Source of the DNA: Bifidobacterium breve
Lineage (GTDB): Bacteria; Actinomycetota; Thermoleophilia; Solirubrobacterales; Solirubrobacteraceae
Assembly (NCBI GenBank): GCA_945881845.1
Contig: CAMCVN010000002.1
Location: 17,947 to 81,946, forward strand
Length of the DNA: 64,000 bases
Direction of reading: 5' to 3'
Shown here: positions 1-8,808 of the stretch, piece after piece
Position numbering within the stretch: position 1 is the first letter of the stretch
How the letters are laid out: each line of letters opens with the position of its first letter
Notes under the pieces: generated by a model
Told to the model about the DNA's origin: nothing
The model's database searches: none
Seen by the model: the letters and a program-made list of their open reading frames with translations, nothing else
Position numbers and translations under genes: made by a program

Positions 1-1239
1 CGAGTCGATCTGCAGTGGTGATGGCTGCGTCAGCGAGACGCGCTTCGCGACCTGGCGCATCTGCTCGTCCTCGTCCTCACGCTCAGTCAGTGCGACGCAG
101 AGGTCGAGGATGTGGGCGCCGCCTTCGACTTGATCTTCGGCGATCTGGACAAGCCCGTCGTAGTCGTCGGCCAGCAGCATCTCCTTCGCCTTGCGTGATC
201 CTTGCGAATTGACGCGCTCGCCGACGATCGTCGGCGCTGGGTCCTGGACCAGCGCAGTCGCAGTCATCATCGAGCTGACGCGTGGCGCGCGGGGCGCGGG
301 GCGTGGCGAGACGGGCCGGCCGCCGCAGCGCTCAGCGATCGCGGCAATGTGCGCAGGAGTAGTGCCGCAGCAGCCGCCAACGATGCCAACGCCGTAGCGC
401 TCAACAAACTCGCCGAGAATCTCGGCCAGCGCTTCAGGTGTTTCAGGGAAGATCGTTTCGCCGTCGGGGCCTTGCAGCGGCAGCCCGGCATTCGGAACGC
501 ACTGCACCGGCACGGGGGAGAACTCACCGAGGAAGCGGATCGCGTCGCGCATGTCCTCAGGGCCGGTCGAGCAGTTGAGTCCGATCGCGTCGACCTTCAG
601 CGATTCCAACGTCGTCAGTACCGCGTCGATGTCGGTGCCGAGCAGCATCTTGCCGCCGTTTGGCAGCAGCGAGACCGAGGTCTGGATTGGCACGGTACGC
701 CCGGCAGTGACGAACGCCTCGCGCGCGCCGAAGACCGCGGCCTTGACTTCAAGAATGTCTTGCGCGGTTTCGATCAGCAGCAGGTCAACGCCGCCTTCGA
801 GCAGTCCGCGCGCCTGCTCTTCGAAGATCGTCACCAGTTCGCGGAAGCTGATCGCGCCTAGCGTTGGGTCATCGGAGGAGGGGAGCTGCCCGGTTGGTCC
901 GATCGAGCCGGCGACGAAGCGATCCTCGCCGACGGCGGCGCGGGCGATCTCACCGGCGCGGCGGTTGATCTCCAGCGTGTGCTCGGCGAGACCCCACTCT
1001 TCGAGCTTCAGGCGGCTGGCCTGGAAGGTGTCGGTCTCGACAACCTCGGCGCCGGCTTCGACCATTGAAGTGTGGACGCCCTCGATCACGTCGGGGCGAT
1101 TGAGGATCAGCGCCTCGTGGCATTTTCCGGCAAGGCCGCCGTAATCCTCGCTCGTGAGGTCGAACTGCTCAAGCGTCGCGCCCATGCCGCCATCAAAGAT
1201 GACGACGCGCTCGTTGATTGCCGCCAGATAGTCCCGCAT
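1..1239 (-). CDS. metH: Cobalamin-dependent methionine synthase MetH, N-terminal part (homocysteine-binding domain and start of pterin-binding domain); 3' end lies beyond position 1
   Basis: Own minus-strand translation from ATG at 1239: MRDYLAAINERVVIFDGGMGATLEQF...GLNCSTGPEDM...IVGGCCGTTPAHIAAI...IVGERVNSQGSRK. It is open to the window edge, so it is absent from the ORF track. Plus-strand ORFs 202-861 and 551-1144 are its antisense shadows. Confidence 0.85.
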   Translation of the reverse strand, partial: MRDYLAAINERVVIFDGGMGATLEQFDLTSEDYGGLAGKCHEALILNRPDVIEGVHTSMVEAGAEVVETDTFQASRLKLEEWGLAEHTLEINRRAGEIARAAVGEDRFVAGSIGPTGQLPSSDDPTLGAISFRELVTIFEEQARGLLEGGVDLLLIETAQDILEVKAAVFGAREAFVTAGRTVPIQTSVSLLPNGGKMLLGTDIDAVLTTLESLKVDAIGLNCSTGPEDMRDAIRFLGEFSPVPVQCVPNAGLPLQGPDGETIFPETPEALAEILGEFVERYGVGIVGGCCGTTPAHIAAIAERCGGRPVSPRPAPRAPRVSSMMTATALVQDPAPTIVGERVNSQGSRKAKEMLLADDYDGLVQIAEDQVEGGAHILDLCVALTEREDEDEQMRQVAKRVSLTQPSPLQIDS

Positions 1240-1267
1240 CGCCTGAAGATTAGCAGCAAAACGCGAA

Positions 1268-1291
1268 ACCTTGACATCATCGTGTCAAGGT
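1268..1291 (-). promoter_or_regulatory. Perfect 9-bp inverted repeat ACCTTGACA-N6-TGTCAAGGT in the metH leader, 28 nt upstream of the ATG; operator or attenuator hairpin
   Basis: Read directly: accttgaca tcatcg tgtcaaggt. On the metH strand it is followed by TTCGCGTTTT. Confidence 0.3.
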
Positions 1292-1466
1292 CTCGCGGCC
1301 GCCAATCCATTCCCGCTTATCGGTGCGGAGAAGCAATCCTTGTAGCTGCGAACCCAAGGCTCCAGCCGGCATCAGAATCAAGCTCGCCAGCGCGCCGCGA
1401 GTTGCCGCATTAGCCCTTGGAGTAGCCTGCCGACGCGTATCCCATTCAAGCCGGAGGCTGGATCTT

Positions 1467-2111
1467 ATGACGACAGATGGTGTGGCTTTCGTTTCGACCC
1501 GTTGGGTTCATTCTGATTATGAGGACCAATATCGGCAGTGGAGCGAGAAGATCGGCGCACGACTGTCGGATACCCCAGGATTTGTTAGCTACGAACAGCT
1601 CCCTGCCGTCGAAGGTAAACAGGACTTCTGGACGCAGATCGTCAAGTTCGATTCCAAACAGGCATCGCACGATTGGGCGAACTCCTCCGAGCTCGCTGAA
1701 CTGCTCGTCGAAATTGAGCCATACACGAGGGATTCAGAATTCTCGTCGGTCCGAATCGGGCAGCAGGACTGGTTGAATTTCGGTCTGAGTACTAAGCCCG
1801 GGCCGGGTGCACCGACAAAGTGGAAGCAGCTGATCACGGGGATCATGGCGCTCTACCCGACCGTGATTATCGCCCACGAGATTCTGGCTCAGTTGGTGAC
1901 AGTGCCTTTCGCGCTGTCGACATTGCTGACCAACGCGATCGCGATGTCGCTGGTGATGCTGGTCTGGCTGCCGCAACTCTCGAGGCTGCTGCGAGGCTGG
2001 CTGCTGCCGATTAAGCCGCTTCCGCCCGCCATAACGATCGGGGTGGCGGCGGCGATCTTGGGAATAATCGGCGGCTTTCTCTTGATCTTCCTTCAACTAT
2101 TTCCATCGTAG
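1467..2111 (+). CDS. Membrane protein with N-terminal ABM-like (ferredoxin-fold monooxygenase-like) domain and C-terminal hydrophobic helices
   Basis: ORF 1323-2111 trimmed to ATG 1467 (GGAGG 9 nt upstream). The N-terminal ~100 aa (VAFVSTRWVHSDYEDQYRQW...FDSKQASHDWANS) look ABM-like. The C-terminal ~90 aa form about three hydrophobic helices. Confidence 0.55.
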   Translation: MTTDGVAFVSTRWVHSDYEDQYRQWSEKIGARLSDTPGFVSYEQLPAVEGKQDFWTQIVKFDSKQASHDWANSSELAELLVEIEPYTRDSEFSSVRIGQQDWLNFGLSTKPGPGAPTKWKQLITGIMALYPTVIIAHEILAQLVTVPFALSTLLTNAIAMSLVMLVWLPQLSRLLRGWLLPIKPLPPAITIGVAAAILGIIGGFLLIFLQLFPS

Positions 2112-2181
2112 TCTTAGCCGCGCAAACAACCTACGCCAAAGCTGATCGCTTCTCGGCCACCAGCACCCGAAAACCTCAGAG

Positions 2182-4332
2182 CTACTTGATGAAGAGCATC
2201 TCCGAGTACTTCGGCAACGGCCATAGATCATCTGCGACGAGGCCTTCGAGCTTGTCCGCCGTCTCGCGCGTCTTGTCCATCGCTGGGATCACCTTGTCGC
2301 GCATGTACTCGGCCTCCTTGAGCCCTTCGGCTGCCGGATGGGAGGCGTTGGCCTTCTCAAGCACCCGGAGTCGCTTGACGAACTCGTCGGCTGATGACTT
2401 CAGTTCGCTCGCAAGCGACGTCATCCCGGCCTCCTTGCACTCCGCCAGGTAACGGACGGCGGCCGGCAGGATCATCGTGCGCGCCATCGAGGCAGCGGTC
2501 TCAGCCTCGATGTTGAGCTTCGTCGAATACTGCTCGACGGCGACCTCAAAGCGGGCCTCGAGCTCGCGCTCATTGAGAACGTTGTACTGCTCGAAGACCT
2601 GAACGGTTGACTTCGCGACGATCCAGGGAAGCGCATCGGGTGTTGTGCGCAGATTGGCGAGGCCACGCGCGGCGGCTTCCTTCTGCCAAGCGTCGGCGTA
2701 GCCGTCACCGTCAAAGACGATCCGCTTATGTGCCTTCCAGGTCTTCTTGATCGTGTCGAGGATCGCGTCCGGGCGCTTCTTGCCCTTCTTCTTCGCAGCC
2801 TCAACTTCGTCGACCATCATGTCGATCGACTCAGCGACGATCGTGTTCAGCGCAGTGTTGACAAAGCCGAGCGACATGCTCGATCCGAGCGCGCGGAATT
2901 CGAACTTGTTGCCGGTAAAGGCAAACGGCGAGGTGCGGTTGCGGTCGCCGCCGTGGAGCGGCAGGGGAGGCAGCACCGGTGTTCCGAGCCCAAGGAAGTT
3001 TCCGGCAGCGCTGTCTGTGGCTTTGCCCGACGCGACAGCGTTGAAGGCCCGTTCCAGTTCACGCCCGAGGAAGATCGAAATGATCGCTGGCGGCGCTTCG
3101 TTGGCGCCGAGACGGTGATCCTGGCCGACATTGGCAACGCTTGCCCGCAGCAGCTCCTGGTGGCGGTCAACTGCCGCGATCACGGCGACGCAGAAGAAGA
3201 GGAACTGGATGTTCTCGGCTGGCGTGTCTCCCGGTTCGAGCAGGTTCTGGCCGCTGTCAGTGCCCATCGACCAGTTGTTGTGCTTGCCCGAGCCGTTGAC
3301 GCCGGCAAACGGCTTCTCATGCATCAGGCAGACGAGGCCGTAGCGGCGAGCGACGTTTTCAAGCACCTGCATCGTCAGCTGCTGATGGTCTGAGCCAACG
3401 TTCGAGTTCTCGAAGATCGGAGCCAGTTCGTACTGCGACGGCGCAACCTCGTTGTGACGCGTCTTGACAGGCACGCCGAGTCGCTGCAACTCGCGTTCGG
3501 TCTCAAGCATGCAGGCAAGCACGCGCTCGGGAATTGTTCCGAAGTAGTGCTCGTCCAGCTCGTGGCCCTTCGGCGGCTTGGCGCCAAAGAGTGTGCGGCC
3601 GGTCGTGTAGAGGTCGGGCCGCTCGTAGAAGTACTGCTCGTCGATCAGGAAGTACTCCTGCTCAGGTCCGACCGTTGTGAAGACGCGGGCGGCTACCTTG
3701 TCGCCGAACAGCTTCAGTGCCCGCAGCGCGACGCTTGAGAGTGAATCCATCGAGCGCAGCAGAGGCGTCTTGTGGTCCAGTGCTTCTCCTGTCCATGAGA
3801 CGAAGGCTGTTGGGATGCAGAGGACCGATCCGTTCGGGTTTTCAAGGATGAAGGCCGGCGAAGTTGGGTCCCAAGCGGTGTAGCCGCGCGCCTCGAAGGT
3901 TGCGCGAATTCCGCCGGTCGGGAACGAGGAGGCGTCGGGCTCTCCCTGAATCAGCTCCTTGCCGGAGAAGGCGGCAAGCGCCGTTCCGTCTCCGACGGGC
4001 TCGAAGAACGAGTCGTGCTTCTCGGCCGTCATGTTCGTCAGCGGCTGGAACCAGTGCGTGAAGTGCGTTGCGCCGTGTTCCATCGCCCATGAGCGCATTG
4101 CGTCAGCGATCGCGTCGGCCAGCGCCGGATCGAGCGGTGCACCGTCAGCGAGCGTCTTCTGCAGCTTGGTGAAGACGGTCTTTTGCAAGCGCGCCTTCTG
4201 CGCTGCGATGTTGAAGACGTTCTCGCCGTAGATGGCTGCCGCAGACTCTGTGATGTCGGACTGACCGCTTCCGTCTCCGGTGCCTGCCCACTGAGCGGCG
4301 GTTACGTTCTGCTGGCGCGTCTTCGAAGCCAT
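2182..4332 (-). CDS. glnN: Glutamine synthetase, type III
   Basis: ORF 2182-4380 trimmed to ATG 4332 (GGAG 8 nt upstream, MASKTRQQ). About 717 aa, the size class of GS type III. GS motifs [12 protein letters not shown] and [16 protein letters not shown]. Confidence 0.85.
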   Translation of the reverse strand: MASKTRQQNVTAAQWAGTGDGSGQSDITESAAAIYGENVFNIAAQKARLQKTVFTKLQKTLADGAPLDPALADAIADAMRSWAMEHGATHFTHWFQPLTNMTAEKHDSFFEPVGDGTALAAFSGKELIQGEPDASSFPTGGIRATFEARGYTAWDPTSPAFILENPNGSVLCIPTAFVSWTGEALDHKTPLLRSMDSLSSVALRALKLFGDKVAARVFTTVGPEQEYFLIDEQYFYERPDLYTTGRTLFGAKPPKGHELDEHYFGTIPERVLACMLETERELQRLGVPVKTRHNEVAPSQYELAPIFENSNVGSDHQQLTMQVLENVARRYGLVCLMHEKPFAGVNGSGKHNNWSMGTDSGQNLLEPGDTPAENIQFLFFCVAVIAAVDRHQELLRASVANVGQDHRLGANEAPPAIISIFLGRELERAFNAVASGKATDSAAGNFLGLGTPVLPPLPLHGGDRNRTSPFAFTGNKFEFRALGSSMSLGFVNTALNTIVAESIDMMVDEVEAAKKKGKKRPDAILDTIKKTWKAHKRIVFDGDGYADAWQKEAAARGLANLRTTPDALPWIVAKSTVQVFEQYNVLNERELEARFEVAVEQYSTKLNIEAETAASMARTMILPAAVRYLAECKEAGMTSLASELKSSADEFVKRLRVLEKANASHPAAEGLKEAEYMRDKVIPAMDKTRETADKLEGLVADDLWPLPKYSEMLFIK

Positions 4333-4335
4333 CTT

Positions 4336-4347
4336 AATCTCCAGATT
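4336..4347. repeat. 12-mer AATCTCCAGATT (arms AATCT/AGATT are inverted), copy 1; overlaps the glnN Shine-Dalgarno on the minus strand
   Basis: Read directly. The exact 10-mer TCTCCAGATT recurs at 4481-4490, and the reverse-complement 8-mer ATCTGGAG occurs at 4569-4576. Confidence 0.6.
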
Positions 4348-4373
4348 TGTTGGTTTTCTCGCTCTTCGCGCGA

Positions 4374-4389
4374 GTGACACCGATGAGAC
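4374..4389. promoter_or_regulatory. GTGAC-N6-GAGAC element resembling an actinobacterial GlnR box (gTnAc-n6-GaAAc) in the glnN/amt divergent region; a related GTTAT-CCCGAT-GTCTA lies at 4413-4428
   Basis: Read directly. Both copies share the core CCGATG. The consensus comparison is from memory of Streptomyces GlnR sites. Confidence 0.25.
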
Positions 4390-4478
4390 TAGAAGCGATC
4401 TCGCCTGAGCACGTTATCCCGATGTCTAAACCGAGTGCCGTGCGGTACTGCCGATTGTGTCGGGGCGCGAGCGGGGCG

Positions 4479-4490
4479 ATTCTCCAGATT
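4479..4490. repeat. 12-mer ATTCTCCAGATT, copy 2 of the repeated element in the glnN/amt intergenic region
   Basis: Read directly. It has one dinucleotide difference from the copy at 4336-4347. Confidence 0.6.
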
Positions 4491-4581
4491 GGCTAGGAGC
4501 GCGGTCCGATCTTTCTACCTGCGGCCAACAGTGAATCGCAGTTCCAGCGCAAGACTTCCGTCAACTCGATCTGGAGGTTTC

Positions 4582-6015
4582 ATGAAGCGCTCTTCGCTGA
4601 TCACCACCGCTCTGACCAGTTGCGTGATGATGCTCGCCGCGCCAACCGTCGCTTCGGCCGACATCTTCAATGCTGCTGGCGTACCTGACACGGTCGGGAT
4701 CAACTCAATGTGGGTCTTTGTCGCTGCCTGCCTCGTGCTCTTCATGCAGGCCGGGTTCGCGCTGCTTGAGATCGGTTTCTCACGCGGCAAGAACGCCGGC
4801 ACAATCGTCGCCAAGATCCTGACCAACTTCTCGATCGCAGCGATTATCTATTGGGCTGTGGGCTTCGCGTTTGCCTTTGGCGGCGCTAGCGGCAAGGTCA
4901 TCGGCACCGAGGGCTTCTTCCTGCGCGATTACGGCGATCCCACGACGGCATTCCCGGTGATGGGCTTCTCAGACGCGACGATCGAGTCGAAGTGGTTCTT
5001 CCAGTTCGTCTTCTGCGCCGTTTCGCTAGCGATCGTCTGGGGGACGACGCTGGAACGGATCAAGTTCGGCGTCTACGTGATCTTCGCCGTGATCTTCGCC
5101 GGCCTGATCTACCCAATCGCATCCGGCTGGGTCTTCGGCGGCGGCTGGCTGCAGGCCAACCTCGGTATGCAGGATTTCGCCGGGTCAACCGCCGTCCACC
5201 TCGTCGGCGCAACCGCCGGCCTGGCCGTGCTGCTGCTACTCGGTGCGCGTAAAGGCAAGTACGACGCCGAGGGGCGCCCGCGGGCGATTCCCGGCCACAA
5301 CATGCCGCTCTTCGGGCTTGGCGTAATCATCCTGCTGGTTGGCTGGTTCGGCTTCAACCCGGGTTCAACGCTCGGCGCGATGGACGGCCGATTCACCGAA
5401 GTGGCTCTAGTGACCTTGCTCGCGGCAGGCGCTGGCACGATCGGCGCCTTGATCGTCAGCTGGCTGAAGACGCGCACGATCGACATCGGTATGGCCGGCA
5501 ACGGCATGATCGGCGCGCTCGTCGCGATCACGGCTCCTTCCGGATACGTCGCGCCGTGGGCCGGCGTCGTGATCGGTCTGATCGCCGGATTCATCGTTCC
5601 GCTCGGGGTGTACGCGATCGACAAGCGGCTCGACGATCCTGTCGGTGCGCTCACCGCTCACGGCCTTTGCGGCGTTTGGGGCACGCTTTCGTGTGGTCTC
5701 TTCACGCTGCCGGTGCTGGCCGAGTACAACGCGGTCGGAGACGGTGGGCTGCTCTACACAGGCTCATTCGGCCAGCTAGGCGACCAAGCGATCGGAGTGG
5801 CGGTTGTGTTCGCCTTCGTATTCATCACGAGCTACTCCACCTTCTGGGTGATCAAGAAGACCTACGGCCTGCGCGTATCGGCTGCCGAGGAAGATGCCGG
5901 GCTGGATATTTCCGAGCACGGCATGTATGGCTACCCGGAACAGTTCATCCCAGCACCGGAGCTTGTCGGATACGGTGCGGCGCCCCAGCTCGGTTCTCCG
6001 GGCGTATCCTCATAA
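4582..6015 (+). CDS. amt: Ammonium transporter (Amt family)
   Basis: ORF 4435-6015 trimmed to ATG 4582 (GGAGG upstream; signal-like MKRSSLITTALTSCVMMLAAP). Multiple TM helices. Amt signatures FAGSTAVHLVGATAGL and AHGLCGVWGTL. Confidence 0.9.
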   Translation: MKRSSLITTALTSCVMMLAAPTVASADIFNAAGVPDTVGINSMWVFVAACLVLFMQAGFALLEIGFSRGKNAGTIVAKILTNFSIAAIIYWAVGFAFAFGGASGKVIGTEGFFLRDYGDPTTAFPVMGFSDATIESKWFFQFVFCAVSLAIVWGTTLERIKFGVYVIFAVIFAGLIYPIASGWVFGGGWLQANLGMQDFAGSTAVHLVGATAGLAVLLLLGARKGKYDAEGRPRAIPGHNMPLFGLGVIILLVGWFGFNPGSTLGAMDGRFTEVALVTLLAAGAGTIGALIVSWLKTRTIDIGMAGNGMIGALVAITAPSGYVAPWAGVVIGLIAGFIVPLGVYAIDKRLDDPVGALTAHGLCGVWGTLSCGLFTLPVLAEYNAVGDGGLLYTGSFGQLGDQAIGVAVVFAFVFITSYSTFWVIKKTYGLRVSAAEEDAGLDISEHGMYGYPEQFIPAPELVGYGAAPQLGSPGVSS

Positions 6016-6037
6016 GCAGCTAAAAGGAGCTTGCGTA

Positions 6038-6409
6038 ATGAAGAAGATCGAAGCAATCATCCGTCACGAGGCTTTCGAGCCGATCCGACTGGAGCTATTG
6101 GAGCTGGGCTTCCCGTCAATGACGGTCCTGGAGGTAAAAGGATCGGGCCGTCAGAAGGGGATTGTCGAGACCTATCGAGGTGCCGAACTGACCAACTACC
6201 TGCGGCCAAAGGTGCAGATCAACTGCGTCGTCTCAGACGCTGACGTTGAAGCCGTCGTCGAGTCGATCCTCAAGCACGGCCGCACCGGCGCAGTCGGCGA
6301 CGGCAAGGTCTTCATCATGCCGGTCGATGCTGCCTACCGCGTCCGTACCGGAGAGTCCGGCGAAGAGGTCCTGCAAGCCCATCCTGAAGCAGTCGATGAG
6401 GCCAAGTAG
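6038..6409 (+). CDS. glnK: Nitrogen regulatory protein P-II (GlnK-type by position after amt), with atypical T-loop
   Basis: ATG 6038 with AAGGAG upstream. MKKIEAIIRHEAF...GSGRQKGIVETYRGAELTNYL...RTGAVGDGKVFIMPV. Confidence 0.9.
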   Translation: MKKIEAIIRHEAFEPIRLELLELGFPSMTVLEVKGSGRQKGIVETYRGAELTNYLRPKVQINCVVSDADVEAVVESILKHGRTGAVGDGKVFIMPVDAAYRVRTGESGEEVLQAHPEAVDEAK

Positions 6410-6421
6410 CCGACTGCTCGA

Positions 6422-7033
6422 CTATTCACCCTTCTGCACGACCTGCCCAGTAGCGGGGTCAACGCTTGAATCTTGCGGACGTCGCGTGACGTTGACCGTG
6501 AGCGTTCCAGCGGCGGCCCCGCCACCCGCAGCTACGGCTCGCGCTTTGCCGTTAAGGCCAGCGCCAGCACGGTAATCAAGCGTTCGCGTGCCGGGTTGCG
6601 TGGCGCTCAGCGACCAGATGAAGCTGCGCTCGTCGCCAGCCGCCAGCGGCCCTAGCGCCCAGGTGTTGACGTAGGCGGTCGTGCCATTGATCGGCCCTGC
6701 GTTGATAACCCAGACCGGACGCACGGGATCAGCGACGCCGGGCTCGGTACTGCGGTAGTTAAGGCCGTTTACGGTCATCGTGATGTCAGGAATCTCGTTC
6801 TTCCCGACATTCTGAACCGTGATTTCGAGCCGCGAGGTTTCGCCAAGGCCCTGCCGGCGCGGGAACGAAACCTTCGAAATCGCAACCTCGTAGTTGCCGG
6901 TTGGCTCGTTGGCGTCTTGCGCTTCGCCCCCGCCGCAGCCACTGATCGAGGCAGCCAGCAGGGCTGCTGCCGCGATGCAGCCGAGCGTGATCTTTGGCGA
7001 AGCTGAGCTGCTCACGAGGGGCGACGCTAGCAC
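6422..7033 (-). CDS. Secreted lipoprotein, function unknown (beta-rich, CARDB-like by eye)
   Basis: GTG start at 7033. Signal peptide with lipobox LAASISGC followed by GGGE. No specific family recognised. Confidence 0.6.
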   Translation of the reverse strand: MLASPLVSSSASPKITLGCIAAAALLAASISGCGGGEAQDANEPTGNYEVAISKVSFPRRQGLGETSRLEITVQNVGKNEIPDITMTVNGLNYRSTEPGVADPVRPVWVINAGPINGTTAYVNTWALGPLAAGDERSFIWSLSATQPGTRTLDYRAGAGLNGKARAVAAGGGAAAGTLTVNVTRRPQDSSVDPATGQVVQKGE

Positions 7034-7094
7034 AGCGAGGCGGACGTGAGGGGGAGGTTTGACGCGCCCGATTGGCGAATCCGGCGAAAGCGGT

Positions 7095-7124
7095 TTGCGA
7101 CTACCCCGCCGCCTGTCGTAAGAT
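7095..7124 (+). promoter_or_regulatory. Candidate sigma-70-type promoter of the mce operon: TTGCGA-18 nt-TAAGAT
   Basis: Read directly: ttgcga (7095-7100) and taagat (7119-7124), about 55 nt upstream of ATG 7180. Confidence 0.35.
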
Positions 7125-7179
7125 GCGATAACTGCGTAAGTCGCGCTGTTTTTTGCACTTCAACCGGAGAGGGGGAGAG

Positions 7180-7986
7180 ATGGCTCGTAGCGTCGCCGAC
7201 AGATCGATCGCCCCAGCGCGTGATTTCTTCGAGCAGGTCGGCGACATGATGATCCTGACCGGCAAGACGATCGTCTCCGCAGTCCGCCCGCCATTCCCTT
7301 ACGGCGGCGAGTTCATCCTTCAGTTCCTCTTTGCGCTGAGGCTTTGCTGGTTCCCGCTCTTGATCTCTACGGTTGCTTTCGGCTACGGGGCGCCAGGGCT
7401 CCAGGCAGCTAACTTCCTCGTTCTTTTTGGTGCTTTGGACCGTCTTGGCGGCTTCTTTGTGCTGGCTTCGATTCGCGAATTCGCGCCGCTCGTAACGGCA
7501 ATCGTGCTGGCCGGGGTTGCCGGAACGGCGATTACCGCCGACCTCGGCGCGCGCAAGATCCGCGAGGAGCTCGACGCGCTGCAGGTGCTCGGCGTCGACC
7601 CGGTCAAGAACCTTGTTGTGCCGCGCTTCTTGGCGCTGATGCTGGTAACCGGCCTTTTTGACATCTACGCGCTGCTATTCGGAATCTTCGGCGGAATCCT
7701 CGCGACGCTCGTCTACCACGCTCCACTGGGACCCTTCTGGGCAACCTTTTTCACCAACGCCTCGGTCACCGACCTTTGGGGTTCGATCCTCAAATGCACC
7801 TGTTACGGCGCGATCATCGCGATCGTCTGTTGCTACAAGGGGATGACTGCGTCCGGTGGTGCGGCCGGGGTTGGGCGCGCCGTCAACCAGGCCGTCGTTA
7901 TCTCGTTCCTCGGGATCTTCGCCTTCAACTACGTCTTCACGCAGACGCTGCTCGCTACCCACCCCGAAATCAACGTGATTCGCTAA
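7180..7986 (+). CDS. yrbEA: MlaE/YrbE-family ABC permease of Mce transporter (first copy)
   Basis: ORF 7153-7986 trimmed to ATG 7180. Polytopic membrane protein with EELDALQVLGVDPVKNLVVPRFLA motif. Confidence 0.85.
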   Translation: MARSVADRSIAPARDFFEQVGDMMILTGKTIVSAVRPPFPYGGEFILQFLFALRLCWFPLLISTVAFGYGAPGLQAANFLVLFGALDRLGGFFVLASIREFAPLVTAIVLAGVAGTAITADLGARKIREELDALQVLGVDPVKNLVVPRFLALMLVTGLFDIYALLFGIFGGILATLVYHAPLGPFWATFFTNASVTDLWGSILKCTCYGAIIAIVCCYKGMTASGGAAGVGRAVNQAVVISFLGIFAFNYVFTQTLLATHPEINVIR

Positions 7987-8001
7987 GGGGGTGGGCGAGC
8001 G

Positions 8002-8805
8002 ATGAATCCAAATAGCTGGCTCGCCGTCCCTCGCGATCTGCTCGTCTCATTCGGCGAGATCACGAAGTTCTGCAGCACGATCGTCGTTGAGGTCGTTGGC
8101 CTCAAAGTGATGAAGTTCTTCGGTGAGGCGCTGCGCCAGTCGGGAATCTTGATCGTCTCCTCGGCGCTAGTGATCTGGGGGCTCGTCTTCATCATCGGCC
8201 TGCAGTGCGGGATCGAGGGCGCCTACTTCAACCGCTCAGTTGGCTCGCCAGCTTACGCCGGCGTATTCGCCGCTTGGTGCGACCTGCGTGAGCTCGTCCC
8301 ATACGCCTTTGGCTACATGATGGCGGCCAAAGTCGGCACCGGAATCGTCGCCGAAATCGGCTCGATGCGGATTACTGAGGAGATCGACGCGCTTGAGGTG
8401 ATGGGGATCGATTCGATGACCTTCCTCTGTGCGACGCGCCTACTGGCAGCCTGGATGGTGCTGCCGTTCCTCTACATCTCGGCCGTCGGCGCCGGTTTTG
8501 CCGCCAGCTACCTCGCGGTCGTGATTCAGATCGGCGAGGTTTCGCAGGGCGGCTATTCGCTGATCTTCTGGCAGTTCCAAAACCCTCCCGACCTCTTATT
8601 CAGCGCCATTAAGGCGATGACAATGGCAACCGTGATTGTGCTCGTTGGCTGTTATTACGGCTACACCGCCAGCGGTGGCCCTGTCGGCGTGGGAACGGCA
8701 ACGGCGAAATCAATGGTTCTCAACATCGTGCTCGTGCATCTGATCGGGATGCTCGGCACGCAGCTCTTCTGGGGCGCAAACCCGCGAGCACCAATCGGAG
8801 GCTAA
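8002..8805 (+). CDS. yrbEB: MlaE/YrbE-family ABC permease of Mce transporter (second copy)
   Basis: EEIDALEVMGIDSMTFLCATRLLA motif. Paralog of the preceding permease. Confidence 0.85.
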   Translation: MNPNSWLAVPRDLLVSFGEITKFCSTIVVEVVGLKVMKFFGEALRQSGILIVSSALVIWGLVFIIGLQCGIEGAYFNRSVGSPAYAGVFAAWCDLRELVPYAFGYMMAAKVGTGIVAEIGSMRITEEIDALEVMGIDSMTFLCATRLLAAWMVLPFLYISAVGAGFAASYLAVVIQIGEVSQGGYSLIFWQFQNPPDLLFSAIKAMTMATVIVLVGCYYGYTASGGPVGVGTATAKSMVLNIVLVHLIGMLGTQLFWGANPRAPIGG

Positions 8806-8808
8806 GTG

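Noticed and set aside
202-1144. Plus-strand ORFs 202-861 and 551-1144
   Set aside because: My own translation of the minus strand gives an uninterrupted MetH N-terminus across this region. The plus-strand ORFs are its shadows.
1240-1466. Known riboswitch class (SAM-I, SAM-IV, SAH, cobalamin) in the metH leader
   Set aside because: I could not find the GAGGGA...GGCAACC core, the AGGCUC pseudoknot segment or a B12 box on the metH strand. It is left as an unclassified leader pending cmscan.
4435-4581. 49-residue N-terminal extension of the amt ORF (and similar long upstream extensions of ORFs at 5894, 30402-32117, 35394, 49131-50003, 51059, 60391)
   Set aside because: The extensions are Arg/Ser-rich and lack homology-like sequence. 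Internal starts with Shine-Dalgarno motifs give canonical N-termini.
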